The notes under the pieces: model-generated
What the model was told of the DNA's origin: nothing
Seen by the model: only the letters and a program-made list of their open reading frames with translations
Databases searched by the model: none
Position numbers and translations under genes: made by a program
Assembly: GCA_964016885.1 (NCBI GenBank)
Contig: OZ024765.1
Span: forward strand, 7,936,001-8,000,000
DNA from: Eledone cirrhosa
Taxonomy: Eukaryota
DNA length: 64,000 nt
Direction of reading: 5' to 3'
Shown here: positions 24,967 through 38,254 of the stretch, in pieces
Position numbering within the stretch: position 1 is the first letter of the stretch
Layout: each line of letters opens with the position of its first letter

Positions 24967-27407
24967 GTGATGTAGTCATAGTGTTGTTTTGTACTAAATG
25001 TTTATAGTATCTTTACTGGTGGACAGATTGTTGTGAAAATTTACAGTATTACAGTAAAGACTTTAATATTTAATGTGATGTAGTCATAGTGTTGTTTTGT
25101 ACTAAATGTTTATAGTAGCTTTACTGGTGGACAGATTGTGAAAATTTACAGTATTTCAGTAAAGACTTTAATATTTAATGTGTAGTCATAGTGTTTTGTA
25201 CTAAATGTTTATAGTATCTTTACTGGTGGACTGATTGTTGTGAAAATTTACAGTAAAGACTTTAATATTTAACGTGATGTAGTCATAGTGTTGTTTTGTA
25301 CTAAATGTTTATAGTATTTTTACTAGTGGACAGATTGTTGTGAAAATTTACAGTATTACAGTAAAGATTTTAATATCTAATGTGATGTAGTCATAGTGTT
25401 GATTTGTACTAAATGTTTATAGTATCTTTACTAGTGGACAGATTGTTGTGAAAATTTACAGTATTGTAGTAAAGACTTTAATATTTAATGTGATGTAGTC
25501 ATAGTGTTGTTTTGTACTAAATGTTTATAGTATCTTTACTAGTGGACAGATTGTTGTGAAAATTTACAGTATTACAGTAAAGACTTTAATATCTAATGTG
25601 ATGTAGTCATAGTGTTGTTTTGTACTAAATGTTTATAGTATCTTTACTGGTGGACAGGTTGTTGTGAAAATTTACAGTATTTCAGTAAAGACTTTAATAT
25701 CTAATGTGATGTAGTCATAGTGTTGTTTTGTACTAAATGTTTATAGTATCTTTACTGGTGGACAGATTGTTGTGAAATTTTACAGTATTACAGTAAAGAC
25801 TAATATTTAATGTGATGTAGTCATAGTGTTGTTTTGTACTAAATGTTTATAGTATCTTTACTAGTGGACAGATTGTTGTGAAAATTTACAGTATTACAGT
25901 AAAGACTAATATTTAATGTGATGTAGTCATAGTGTTGTTTTGTACTAAATGCTTATAGTATCTTGACTGGTGGACAGATTGTTGTGAAAATTTACAGTAT
26001 TACAGTAAAGACTTTAATATTTAATGTGATGTAGTCATAGTGTTGATTTGTACTAAATGTTTATAGTATCTTTACTGGTAGACAGATTGTTGTGAATATT
26101 TACAGTATTACCGTAAAGACTTTAATATTTAATGTGATGTAGTCATAGTGTTGTTTTGTACTAAATGTTTATAGTATCTTTACTGGTGGACAGATTGTTG
26201 TGAAAATTTACAGTATTACAGTAAAGACTAATATTTAATGTGATGTAGTCATAGTGTTGTTTTGTACTAAATGTTTATAGTATCTTTACTGGTGGACAGA
26301 TTATTGTGAAAATTTACAGTAAAGACTAATATTTAATGTGATGTAGTCATAGTGTTGTTTTGTACTAAATGCTTATAGTATCTTTACTGGTGGACAGATT
26401 ATTGTGAAAATTTACAGTAAAGACTAATATTTAATGTGATGTAGTCATAGTGTTGTTTTGTACTAAATGCTTATAGTATCTTTACTGGTAGACAGATTGT
26501 TGTGAAAATTTACAGTATTACAGTAAAGACTTTAATATTTAATGTGATGTAGTCATAGTGTTGTTTTGTACTAAATGCTTATAGTATCTTGACTGGTGGA
26601 CAGATTGTTGTGAAAATTTACAGTATTACAGTAAAGACTTTAATATTTAATGTGATGTAGTCATAGTGTTGATTTGTACTAAATGTTTATAGTATCTTTA
26701 CTGGTAGACAGATTGTTGTGAATATTTACAGTATTACAGTAAAGACTTTAATATTTAATGTGATGTAGTCATAGTGTTGTTTTGTACTAAATGTTTATAG
26801 TATCTTTACTGGTGGACAGATTGTTGTGAAAATTTACAGTATTACAGTAAAGACTAATATTTAATGTGATGTAGTCATAGTGTTGTTTTGTACTAAATGT
26901 TTATAGTATCTTTACTGGTGGACAGATTATTGTGAAAATTTACAGTAAAGACTAATATTTAATGTGATGTAGTCATAGTGTTGTTTTGTACTAAATGCTT
27001 ATAGTATCTTCACTGGTGGACAGATTATTGTGAAAATTTACAGTAAAGACTAATATTTAATGTGATGTAGTCATAGTGTTGTTTTGTACTAAATGCTTAT
27101 AGTATCTTTACTGGTAGACAGATTGTTGTGAAAATTTACAGTAAAGACTAATATTTAATGTGGTGTAGTCATAGTGTTGTTTTGTACTAAATGTTTATAG
27201 TATCTTTACTGGTGGACAGATTGTTGTGAAAATTTACAGCATTACAGTAAAAACTTTAATATTTAATGTGATGTAGTCATAGTGTTGTTTTGTGCTAAAT
27301 GTTTATAGTATCTTTACTGGTGGACAGATCATTGTTAAAATTTGACAGTGTTATAGTTAAGTAAAGACTTAATATTTAATGCGATGTAGTCATAGTACTG
27401 TTTTGTA
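24967..27407. repeat. Tandem satellite, ~97-108 bp monomer, ~23 copies
   Basis: TGTGATGTAGTCATAGTGTTGTTTTGTACTAAATGTTTATAGTATCTTTACTGGTGGACAGATTG... repeated. Confidence 0.96.
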
Positions 27408-27460
27408 ATTTTCAAGAATGTGTTGCTAATGTGGTTTCATGTGGAACAGGATGTTAAGAG

Positions 27461-27764
27461 TTAATTTGAATATGTCAAGAACCCTTTTAGTCTAACTGGA
27501 ATTGGTAATTCTTTAACACAGCTGAGTATTTCTCGGTCACCTCGGATAATGAGAAGATAGTTCCGGAGATATTGGCGGCACAAGCTAGACAGCGTCCATG
27601 GAGAAGACCTCATGTTTTTCAACCAAATGTGGAACTGTGTTTGTTCGTCAGTTTTGCCGGGAAGATCAATCCAGCTCTCCTGGTTCAGGTTCCAACCGGC
27701 TTGAACCAGAAATCGGGCGGCTTCATAGCAACCGTTCCAGACAAGCCAGCAGAGGGGAGAGTTT
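27461..27764 (-). CDS. Ankyrin repeat and SOCS box protein, last coding exon (SOCS box)
   Basis: Acceptor TCTTCTTCCACAG. Reads NSPLCWLVWNGCYEAARFLVQAGWNL...SPWTLSSLCRQYLRNYL...VKELPIPVRLKGFLTYSN* (BC-box-like and LPxP motifs). Phase 2 fits the previous exon. Confidence 0.88.
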
Positions 27765-27951
27765 CTGTGGAAGAAGAGAGATGGTGAGAGCGAGAGATAG
27801 ACAGAGTGGTAGATATAAAGATAAGTATATATATATACATATGTATACCAAGACTACCTGAAGAGATGTCTTGTTTTCACTCTTCATTTTCAAATTCTTT
27901 CTTTACTCAGACCTTTTTTCTGTTTCTCCTTTTTGATCCTGTCACTATTTT

Positions 27952-27990
27952 GTACTCCTGAAGAAGGACTTAAGCCCGACACGTCAAACT
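27952..27990 (+). ncRNA. Degenerate minimal hammerhead of Penelope-LTR type
   Basis: CTGAAGAAGGACTTAAGCCCGACACGTCA; the core GAAA is mutated to GACA. Confidence 0.4.
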
Positions 27991-28062
27991 TTCTTTCCCC
28001 TTCTCCCTATAAAGCGCAAAACTAATAAGATTTTCGCATCTCTGTCTGTTGTCTCCGTGAAC

Positions 28063-28063
28063 T

Positions 28064-28126
<63 letters not shown>

Positions 28127-28180
28127 GGAGGTGAGTTTTATTGTAGCACAATAAAGCAATGCAAATATTGGATTTTATAT

Positions 28181-28214
<34 letters not shown>

Positions 28215-28623
28215 TATACATATATATACATATATTATACATATATATATATATTATACATATATATATATATATATATTATACATATATATATATATAT
28301 ATATTATACATATATATATATATATATATTATACATATATATATATATATTATACATATATATATATATATATATATTATACATATATATATATTATACA
28401 TATATATATATATTATATATATATATATATATATATTATACATATATATATATTATACATATATATATATATTATATATATATATATATATTATACATAT
28501 ATATATATATTATACATATATATATATATATATATATTATACATATATATATATATTATACATATATTATACATATATATATATATATATATATTATACA
28601 TATATATATATTATACATATATT

Positions 28624-28655
<32 letters not shown>

Positions 28656-29476
28656 CATATATATATATTATACATATATTATACATATATATATATATAT
28701 ATATTATACATATATATATATTATACATATATTATACATATATATATATATATATATATTATACATATATATATATTATACATATATATATATATTATAT
28801 ATATATATATATATTATACATATATATATATATTATATATATATATATTATATATATATATATATATTATACATATATATATATATTATATATATATATA
28901 TATATTATATATATATATATATATTATACATATATATATATATTATACATATATATATATATTATACATATATATATATTATACATATATATATATATTA
29001 TATATATATATATATATTATACATATATATATATATTATATATATATATATATATTATACATATATATATATATTATACATATATATATATATTATACAT
29101 ATATTATACATATATATATATATATATTATACATATATTATACATATATATATATATATATTATACATATATATATATATATATTATACATATATATATA
29201 TATATATTATACATATATATATATATATATATTATACATATATATATATTATACATATATATATATATATATTATACATATATATATATATATATTATAC
29301 ATATATATATATATATATTATACATATATATATATATATATTATACATATATATATATATTATACATATATATATATATTATACATATATATATATATAT
29401 ATTATACATATATATATATATTATACATATATATATATATATATTATACATATATATATATTATACATATATATAT

Positions 29477-29511
<35 letters not shown>

Positions 29512-29645
29512 CATATATTATACATATATATATATATTATATATATATAACATATATATATTATACATATATATATATAACATATATATTATATATATAT
29601 AATATATATATAACATTATATATATATATTATATATATATAACAT
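28063..29645. repeat. (TA)n / TATATTATACA microsatellite (intronic)
   Basis: Directly visible. Confidence 0.95.
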
Positions 29646-29915
29646 TAAGAAGGGCATCCAGCTGTAGAAATCAAGCCAGATCAGTTCCCGTATGAGCAAG
29701 GCATGGTCAGCCGACCAGACACTGCCCACAACAGGACAACTCGTCTAACCCATGCTAGCGTGGAAGAATGGACGCAAAACGGTGATATATAATATATTAT
29801 ATATATATATATAACATTATATATATATATAACATATATATACATAAATATAACATATATATACATAAATATAACATATATATATATATATATATAATAT
29901 ATATATATAATATAT

Positions 29916-29947
<32 letters not shown>

Positions 29948-30066
29948 CTATATATATCATCATCATCATCATCACCGTTTTGTGTCCGTTCTTCCACGCT
30001 AGCATGGGTTAGACGAGTTGTCCTGTTGTGGGCAGTGTCTGGTCGGCTGACCATGCCTTGCTCATA
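29646..30066. mobile_element. Tail-to-tail pair of RTE subfamily C 3' tails
   Basis: 29690-29788 and 29970-30066 are reverse complements around a TA spacer. Confidence 0.75.
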
Positions 30067-30070
30067 TATA

Positions 30071-30200
30071 TAATTGTTTCTACTTTAGGCACAAGGCCAG
30101 CAATTACCCAGTACATTACTGGTACTTTATTTTATCGACCCCGTAAGGATGAAAGGCAAAGTTAACCTCGACGGGATTTGAACTCAGACTGTAAAGGGAT
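30071..30200 (-). mobile_element. Meta-domain-like SINE, 5'-truncated
   Basis: Family core and tail in reverse complement. Confidence 0.8.
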
Positions 30201-30254
30201 GTATCCTGCTAAATGTCCAAGTGAATAGGAATTTATTTGGTTTAACCTTTGTAT

Positions 30255-30299
30255 GTTCTGATGAATCTAGGCCTATATCTGGATGAAACGATTGTAAGC
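30255..30299 (+). ncRNA. Type I hammerhead ribozyme (minimal)
   Basis: GTT-CTGATGA-ATCTAG(gcctatat)CTGGAT-GAAAC-gatt-GTA-AGC: intact core, 6-bp helix II, GUA cleavage triplet, short helix I. Confidence 0.7.
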
Positions 30300-30512
30300 T
30301 ATTAAATGTTTTAAACACCATTTGATTATTATTTATGTTTATATATATATATTCTGTAATGTGGCCGTGTAGGTAACACAGTAAGAAGCTCCCAGTCCAG
30401 ACTGTAAATGTGGTTGGTGTTAGGAAGGCCATTCAGCTGTAGTAAACCTACCAGATAGTCCTATACGAGCGAGACACGATAGTCCTATACGAGTTAAACG
30501 ATGATGATGATG

Positions 30513-30544
<32 letters not shown>

Positions 30545-30549
30545 GTCTT

Positions 30550-31097
30550 GGTGATCAAATTAGCAAGTGGGGAGGAGGACTCTCCAAGGCCATCGTATCT
30601 AGAATAAGGATAGGATGGAAGAAGTTTAGGGAGCTGCTTCCTCTGTTGACAAAGAAGGGTTTCTCCCTACAAATGAAAGGCTGGTTATATGATGCCTGAG
30701 TGAGAAGCGCGATGCTGCATGGTAGTGAGACATGGGCAGCAACTGCGGAGGATATGTGATGGCTGGAGAGAAATGAAGCAAGCATGCTCTGATGGAGGTG
30801 TAATGTCAATGTGCGTGAACAACCAAGCATAGATGAGTTGAGAGAGAAACTGTGTATAAGAAGGATAAATTGTAGCGTGCGGAAGAGAAGACTGTGTTGG
30901 TATGGCCATGTGATGTCCATGGAAGATGACCACTGGGTAAAGAAGTGCAAAGAAATACCAGTAGAAGGAAGACGCAATAGAGGAAGACCACCAAAATCAT
31001 GGGCGGAGATGGTGAGAGCAGACCTCAGATCGCTGAAGCTCACAGAGGAGAGGAGATGACAAAGGACCGTGACAAATAGAGAGATGCTGTGTTGAAT
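30550..31097 (+). mobile_element. RTE LINE 3' fragment (subfamily B), decayed
   Basis: GWKKFRELLPLL...RRLCWYGHV...GRPPKSW with stops. Confidence 0.85.
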
Positions 31098-31215
31098 ATA
31101 TATACACAAGCCAAAATCAGTTCCCGTATGAGCAAGACAAGGTCACCCGACCGAACATTGCCCACAACAGGACAACCAGTCTAACCCATGCTAGCATGGA
31201 AGAATGGACGTAAAA

Positions 31216-31261
<46 letters not shown>

Positions 31262-31309
31262 GCACACACACACACACATATATATACACATATATGCACA
31301 CATATATAT

Positions 31310-32032
31310 TTTGCTAGCTGCAAAAGGCTTTTTTCTCATGAAAGGCAGACTGTATGATGCGTGCATACGAACAGCAATGTTACATGGTAGTGAGACCTGG
31401 GTGCTGTGTGCAGAAGACGTGTAGATTGGAAAGAAATGAAGCTTGCATGCTCCAATGGATGTGTAATAGTAATATACGCGAACGGCAAAGCATAGACAAA
31501 CAGAGAGAAAATGGGTATAAGAGGAATCAAATGTTGTATGCAAGAGAGAAGATTACGTTGGTATGGACATGTGATGCGTATGAAGGATGACAGCTGCATA
31601 AAAAGGTGCAGAGCACTCAAAGTCGATGGAAACATTGGAGTGGGGAGACCCAGGAAGACTTGGGATGAGGTGTTAAAAGTTGACCTTACCCAATTACACC
31701 TCTCAAAGGCAATGACACACGACCGTGACCTCTGGCATCACGCAGTAATACAGAAGACCCGACCCCCGACAGGTACAAGCCGAAGCTGAAGCATATCGAT
31801 AATATGCCCCCACACCCTCGCACTGTCAAGTGGTCGTGGAGGTGCCACGGCAACAAAGCACCCAGCACTCACTGTAAATGAGGTTGGTGTTAGGAAGGGC
31901 ATCCAGCTGTAGAAATCAAGCCAGAATCAGTTCCCGTATAAGCAAGACAAGGTCAGCCGACCAGACACTGCCCACAACAGGACAACCCGTCTAACCCATG
32001 CTAGCGTGGAAGAACGGACGTAAAACGATGAT
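31310..32032 (+). mobile_element. RTE LINE 3' fragment (subfamily C) with 3' UTR
   Basis: KGRLYDACIRTAMLHGSETW...RRLRWYGHV...QKTRPPTGTSRS*, then UTR and (ATG)n tail. Confidence 0.87.
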
Positions 32033-32347
32033 ACCTCTATATACTATATATATGACACCTCTACACACTGTATCTAAATATATATATATATATATATATA
32101 TTTACACACACACACACAGCATATATATACCTCTATATTACATGTACCTCTATATACTATATATATACACCTCTATATACTGTATATATATATATATATA
32201 TATATACACCCTATATACTGTAGCTCTATATACTATATGTATATACACCCCTATATACTGTTATATATACCTCTATATATATATACACCTGTTACATATA
32301 TATACCTATATATATATACACACATCCCTATATACTGTTATATATAC

Positions 32348-32387
<40 letters not shown>

Positions 32388-32458
32388 CACTCATGGAAAC
32401 TTGCTATATCAACTAACGAACGGCCTCTTGGAATGTAACTCATTAATAAATTAGGGAC

Positions 32459-32499
<41 letters not shown>

Positions 32500-32689
32500 T
32501 CTAGCCATCAGAGGTTGACTTAGTGCTCTGACCTACATCATATCTGGCTAATTACCAAATCTTTATCAGACCTTATAATTAATTAACTAATTATTATCAT
32601 TATTATAACTTACTTTCTTTATTTCCTGAATGAACATATTTTAAAGCGAGACCACTCATGGTCAGAAATATGACGAAATATTAAATCGG

Positions 32690-33310
32690 GGTCAAATATT
32701 CCCCACACCCTAGGCCCAGAACCCATCACCCTCCCACCTCCTATTTTTCTGTGACGCCAGGGCTCTGGCTGTTCCCTTTATTTTCTGGGGTTTTAAAATA
32801 TCTAATGTAGGTCCAGAGCCCTCGGCTCAGAACGCATCACCCTCGCCAGTCCCATTTTTCTGTGACCCCAGGACCCCTGCTCCTCCCTTTATTTTCTGGG
32901 GTTTTTTTTTAAATCTGTAATGTAGGCCCTGAGCCTTAAGCTCAGAACCCATCACCATCACCTTCCCAAGTCCCATTTTTCTGTGACCCCAAGGCCATTG
33001 CTCTACTCTTCATTTTCTGTGGGGGGTTAAATATCTGTAGTTTTGTTATTTGAAATCGGGGTCAAATATTCCTTGAGCCCTCGGCTCAGAACCCATCACC
33101 CTCACCCATTTTTCTATGGGTTAATATCTGTAGTTTTGTTATTTGAAATAAAATTGTTTATGATTTTTATTTTTTTTATTTTTATAAATAAAACATTTTA
33201 TATTTGTCAAATATTCCCCACACCCTAGGGCCAGAACCCATCACCATTGAGCCCTTACACTTACCTTTATATTCTGGGGTTTTTTTAATATCTGTAGTTT
33301 TGTTGTTATT
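32690..33310. repeat. Degenerate ~110-120 bp tandem repeat
   Basis: Recurring CAGAACCCATCACC...TTTTTCTGTGACCCCAGG...TTTTCTGGGG. Confidence 0.7.
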
Positions 33311-33990
33311 TGAAATAGAATTATTTATGATATTTAAAAATATTATTTTGATTATTATTAATAAAACATTTTATATTTAAGTCAAGAAATAAAAGAAAAA
33401 GAAAAAATATTCTTCCTCTCTCTCTATCTATCACCTCCCCTCTCTCTCTATCTATCTATCACCTCCCCCTCTCTCTCTCTCACTGCCCCCTCTGTCTTCA
33501 GTCTACATCCCTCAGAGGTCAACTTTGCTTTTCATCCATTTGAGGTCAATAAAAAAGTACCAGTCATATACTGGGTTTTGATTCTTCTTCCATATCTGTC
33601 ACTTCCTTTATCCCTCTATCTCTCTCTCACTGTTTCTTTTAGTCTAAATCCCTCACAGTTCAACACTGCTTTTCATCCATTTAAGGTCAATATATATATA
33701 TACACAGTACCAGTCATGTACTGGGGTCTATTCTTCCTCTATATCTCTTTCTCACTTCCAGTCTCACACTCTCTATCCTTCTCTAGAAGAAACCTGCTGT
33801 ATTCAGACCTGGACAGGAGATGGAGTCCACCAGGTTTCATGCATCACAAACAAAATATCTTAGTACAACACCCCAACAACTCCCTCAGAAGTTACAGGAG
33901 CAAAACACCCCCCCCCCCAAAAAAAAAACGTAAGAGTTAAACAAAAGAGGTGTTAGTGGTGAGAAGCTTACTCAAGGTATTGATTCTTAC

Positions 33991-34183
33991 CTGTTGGGAC
34001 TATCATGTGATACTTTAGCTCCAGCGCCGATGAGGATCCGCAGAGAAGAGACAGGTACCTGGCCCATAACACAAGTGCATGCTGTGGAATGTAGGGGTGT
34101 GAAGCCGCGGCTGTCTTGGCAGTTGATGTAGGCACCATATTCTAGCAACCGACTGATAATCTTATCACATTCTTCACGGCTAC
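33991..34183 (-). CDS. Ankyrin repeat and SOCS box protein, internal exon
   Basis: Acceptor TTACAG, donor AG|GTAAGA, 193 nt, phase 1 to 2. Reads LLEYGAYINCQDSRGFTPLH...LRILIGAGA. Confidence 0.9.
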
Positions 34184-34247
34184 CTGTAATTAGACATTGA
34201 AACACTTACAACTTCAACAATCCTTTCTCTACCTTTTTTCTTCTTGG

Positions 34248-34637
34248 CGTGGCGTAGCGTAGAGTACTATGGTGTGGTGTGGTGTGGTGTGGTGTGGTGT
34301 GGCGTGGCGTGGCGTGGCGTGGCGTGGCGTGGCATGGCGTGGCGTGGCGTGGCGTGGCGTGGCGTAGTGTGGTGTGGTGTGGTGTAGTGTAGTGTGGTGT
34401 GGTGTAGTGTAGTGTAGTGTGGTGTAGTGTGGTGTGGTGTAGTGTGGTGTAGTATGGTGTGGTGGTGGCGTGGTGCAATGTAGTGTAGTGGTGGTGTGGT
34501 GTAGTGTAGTGGTGGTGTGGTGCGGTGTGGTGTAGTGTAGTGATGTGGTGCAATGTAGTGTAGTGGTGATGTGGTGCGGTGTAGTGTAGTGATGGTGTAG
34601 TGGTGTGGTGCAGTGTAGTGTAGTGGTGGTGTGGTGT
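34248..34637. repeat. Pentanucleotide (GGTGT/GGCGT/AGTGT)n repeat
   Basis: Directly visible. Confidence 0.92.
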
Positions 34638-34855
34638 ACACACACCCCCAAACCCCCCCACACCCACCTGTGTGTAAACGCCTTTACAGATACAAACTCC
34701 ATTGTTAACCAATGCATATTTCTAATTAAACACATCACCAGGTGGTTAATTAGTTTGGAAAATAATTAACAAGCTATAAGGATTTCTCATTAATCTAGTG
34801 TTTGGAACATAACTTAACACGGGTTCTTACATAGAATTATCATGGGAGGTTTATA

Positions 34856-34913
34856 AGTAGTAGAAGTAGTGGTTGTGGTAGTTGTAGTAGTAGTGGTGGT
34901 GGTGGTAGTAGTA

Positions 34914-34974
<61 letters not shown>

Positions 34975-35135
34975 TAGTGGTGGTGGTAGTAGTGGTAGTA
35001 GTAGTAGTAGTGGTGGCGGTGGTAGTGGTGGTGGCAGTAGTAGTAGTAGTAGTGGTGGTGGTGGTAGTAGTGGTGGTAGTAGTAGTAGTAGTAGTGGTGG
35101 TAGTAGTGGTAGTAGTAGTGGTAGTAGTAGTAGTG

Positions 35136-35171
<36 letters not shown>

Positions 35172-35192
35172 ATAGTAGTAGTAGTAGTAGTA
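34856..35192. repeat. (GTA/GTG)n trinucleotide repeat
   Basis: Directly visible; gives the spurious poly-Val ORF. Confidence 0.95.
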
Positions 35193-35394
35193 TTGTCTGA
35201 TTTGTCCCCTAAAATCTGTTATTAATCACAGAATTAAATGTCTGATGACCTCATGAAGATGTCAGTCAGCCATAGGTCATAAGACAGGTCAGGTCAGGTC
35301 ATTAATTAGGACAACTCCCAACAATAACAACACCCCCTCCCCCCTTCTCTTTTCCACCCCTTTCACCTGTTAACGAACTACCAGATTTTATCAG

Positions 35395-36272
35395 GGTTTA
35401 GGGACCTGGCTATGTTATGACATCACAGTTATGTCATAACTTTTTAACACCAACAGTCCAGTTGCTAGAAATAGCAGCTAAATTTACCTTAAAAAAGCTC
35501 TTACATTCCACTACAGGGTAAACTATTGCCACTCCCTCTCACTTCTGTCCCCTTGAGAGAACTCGAAGATTTTAGGGACCTGGCTGGTGTTATGACATCA
35601 CAGATTATGTCATAACCTTTTAACACCAAGAGTCCACTATATGGTTGCTAGAAATAGCAACTAAATTTACCTTAAAAAACCCCACACATTTCACTGCAGG
35701 ATACTCTGCAGAGTACACTATTGCCACCCCCTCTCACTTCTGACCCCTCATTCCCTTGAGAGAACTAGAAGAGTTTAGGGACCTGGCTATGCTATATCAG
35801 CTAAACTGCAGAAGGCCATTATATGGTTGCTAGAAATAGCAGCTAAATTTACCTTTAAAAACCCCTCTCCCCACTCTCCTCTACAGTGATTCCCTAAATG
35901 TATGCTACCCCCTCACTTCTGCCACCCATTCCCTTGAGAGTGCTGGAACAAAGTTTAGGGGTCTGGTTATGTTATGACATCACAGATTATGTCATGATTC
36001 AAACAGCAGGAAACCACTATATGGTTGCTAGAAATAGCTAAATTTACCTTAAACCCCACCACCACTCTACAGGGATTCCTCAGTGGATACTACACCCCCC
36101 CCCTCTTCTCCCCTCCCTTGAGAGTTCTTGGGAAGAAAGTTTAGGGTCCTGGCTGTGTTATGACATCTCAGTTAGGTCACAGGATTCAAACAGCAGAAGG
36201 CCACTAAATGGTTGCTAGAAATAGCAGTCAAATTAACCCTAACCCCACCACAACCACTACAGTGATTACCCT
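35395..36272. repeat. Degenerate ~180-bp tandem repeat, 5 copies
   Basis: TTTAGGGACCTGGCT...TTATGACATCACAG...TTGCTAGAAATAGCAGCTAAATTTACCTT starts near 35397, 35571, 35774, 35954 and 36140. Confidence 0.8.
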
Positions 36273-36315
36273 ACTTTATGCTATATAGCTGAAACTATAC
36301 ACACACACACACGTG

Positions 36316-36409
<94 letters not shown>

Positions 36410-36678
36410 TACATATATACATACACATGAACACATACATGCACAGATACACACACACATACTGAGATACATACACACTGACACATATACAAACGCACAC
36501 ACACACACAGACAAATACACATATACATGTGTAGATACACACACAGAAACTCACCCTGGCATCGACACACTGACACATAAGCAAACTGACACACACACAG
36601 ACTCAGAAAGAAACAGTCCCACAGATGGACAGACAGACAGACAGACATTAGTCAGCATCAGAATAAGTAATGAAAGAA

Positions 36679-37121
36679 TTAACCCTTTACCATTTACATT
36701 ACTCTATATATACTATTGTATTTTCACAGTAAAGGCTTTACCTCACATAATATCTCACATAACATTTACATTACTCTATATATACTATTGTATTTTCACA
36801 GTAAAGGCTTTACCTCACATAATACCTCACATAACATTTACATTACTCTATATATACTATTGTATTTTCACAGTAAAGGCTTTACCTCACATAATATCTC
36901 ACATAACATTTACATTACTCTATATATACTATTGTATTTTCACAGTAAAGGCTTTACCTCACATAATATCTCACATAACATTTACATTATATATAATTTT
37001 GATATTTATTTTGAGAACAATACCTTAACATCAGTATGAGTGGCCAGTTACAGCCAGTTTGAACAAAAAGATGTGAGAGAATTCTAGCCAGATGTGACCG
37101 GTTTAAATGCTAAAGGGTTAA
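36679..37121. mobile_element. TTAA (piggyBac-like) MITE with four 72-bp internal repeats
   Basis: TTAA|CCCTTTACCATTTA ... TAAATGCTAAAGGG|TTAA; intronic, ~50 bp from a splice donor. Confidence 0.8.
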
Positions 37122-37170
37122 TGATGAGAAAGAAAGGAAGATATAAAGACAAGAAGGAAGTTGTACTTAC

Positions 37171-38254
37171 ATCGTGCATACTGTATTTTGTGCAGCGCTG
37201 TTGTTCGGTCGTTGCTTTGTGCATTGACATTTGCACCTTGCTGCAGCAGAATGTCAACAATGACAGAACTACCGATAGCTGCAGCTTGCAGTAATGGTGT
37301 TTCTTGGTTGGGTGACATGACATGTATATTACACCCAGCTTTCACTAAAGCCAATGTAATTTCTGCTGACTTCCGCGACACAGCTAAGTGGAGAGGGTAG
37401 TCTCCCCGTCTGTTAGGTTGATTGAGATTTATTTCTTCTCTTTCTAAGAGAATCTCGACCATTGGCAGGCTTTTTAATTTGATGGCGTAGTGTAGTGGCG
37501 TTAAACCGAATTTGTCTGTGGCGTTGACGTCAGTTTGGTTGTTGATAAGAACCTGAAGGATTTCTGGTGAGTCGATTTCTATAGCCATGTGTATTGGTCT
37601 TTTATTGTCGACATCTCGTGCCTCTATGTTGGCACCCTTTTCGCAAAGGTATCTCACGACTTCCAGGTGTCCGTTTCGTATAGACTTATGTAATGGGGTC
37701 ATCCCACCTTGCAGTAACAACGTCTGCACTTCTATATTGGCGCGGCCCTCCTCCACCAATATGCTGACCACGTCTAGGTGCCCTGCACCAGCTGCGATGT
37801 GTAGGGCTCTTTCGTCGCTGTGGTTACGTGAAAGGTTCACGTGAGAGCCCTCGTGGACGAGAAAGCGAACGATGTCGGCAAAACCACAACTGCACGCCAG
37901 CAACAAGGGCGTCCGTCCTTCGGAGTCGCATCGATTCAGGACCGAGCCGTTCCTCGCAAGAATCTTCACAAGTTCGAGGTTGTCATTTATGACAGCGTGA
38001 TGTACGGCCTTTTTACCGGTCTCGTCAGCATACATGAGGGAAGGAGCTGTCCGTGAGTCAAGAATCAGTGACTCTACTGCAGCCGTGGAACCATTACGGG
38101 CCGCTAAACACACAGCTTTGTCCAGTTCTAGGCAATGGTAACAGTGGTTCTCTCGACAATATCGCAATATCGTTTCGATACGGCTGATATCATTATTATT
38201 GATGGCTTCATAAAACATATCAATAACAGCCAACATAGTGTTCCCATGTGACAT
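37171..38254 (-). CDS. Ankyrin repeat and SOCS box protein, large ankyrin exon
   Basis: About nine ANK repeats (GRTPLLLAC, ALHIAAGAGH, GMTPLH, GLTPLHYA, GDYPLHLA, QETPL). Donor AT|GTAAGT at 37171, phase 1. First ATG 38254; the frame is open back to the acceptor at 38347, so an upstream start is possible. Confidence 0.92.

Larger units (their letters stand above)
24682..27464. mobile_element. TTAA-flanked element with 15-bp terminal inverted repeats, filled by a satellite and a SINE
   Basis: TTAA|TTCTTAACATCCTGT (24682-24700) and ACAGGATGTTAAGAG|TTAA (27446-27464); TIRs match 14/15. Confidence 0.6.

Noticed and set aside
24967-27407. 108-bp array as CRISPR
   Set aside because: Contiguous near-identical monomers without spacers, in eukaryotic context.
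27572-27861. Plus-strand ORFs of 71 and 87 aa
   Set aside because: They overlap the minus-strand SOCS-box exon, which has splice and motif support.
34869-35225. Poly-Val ORF and the His/Thr-rich ORFs at 23696-24124 and 34206-34738
   Set aside because: Simple-repeat translations.
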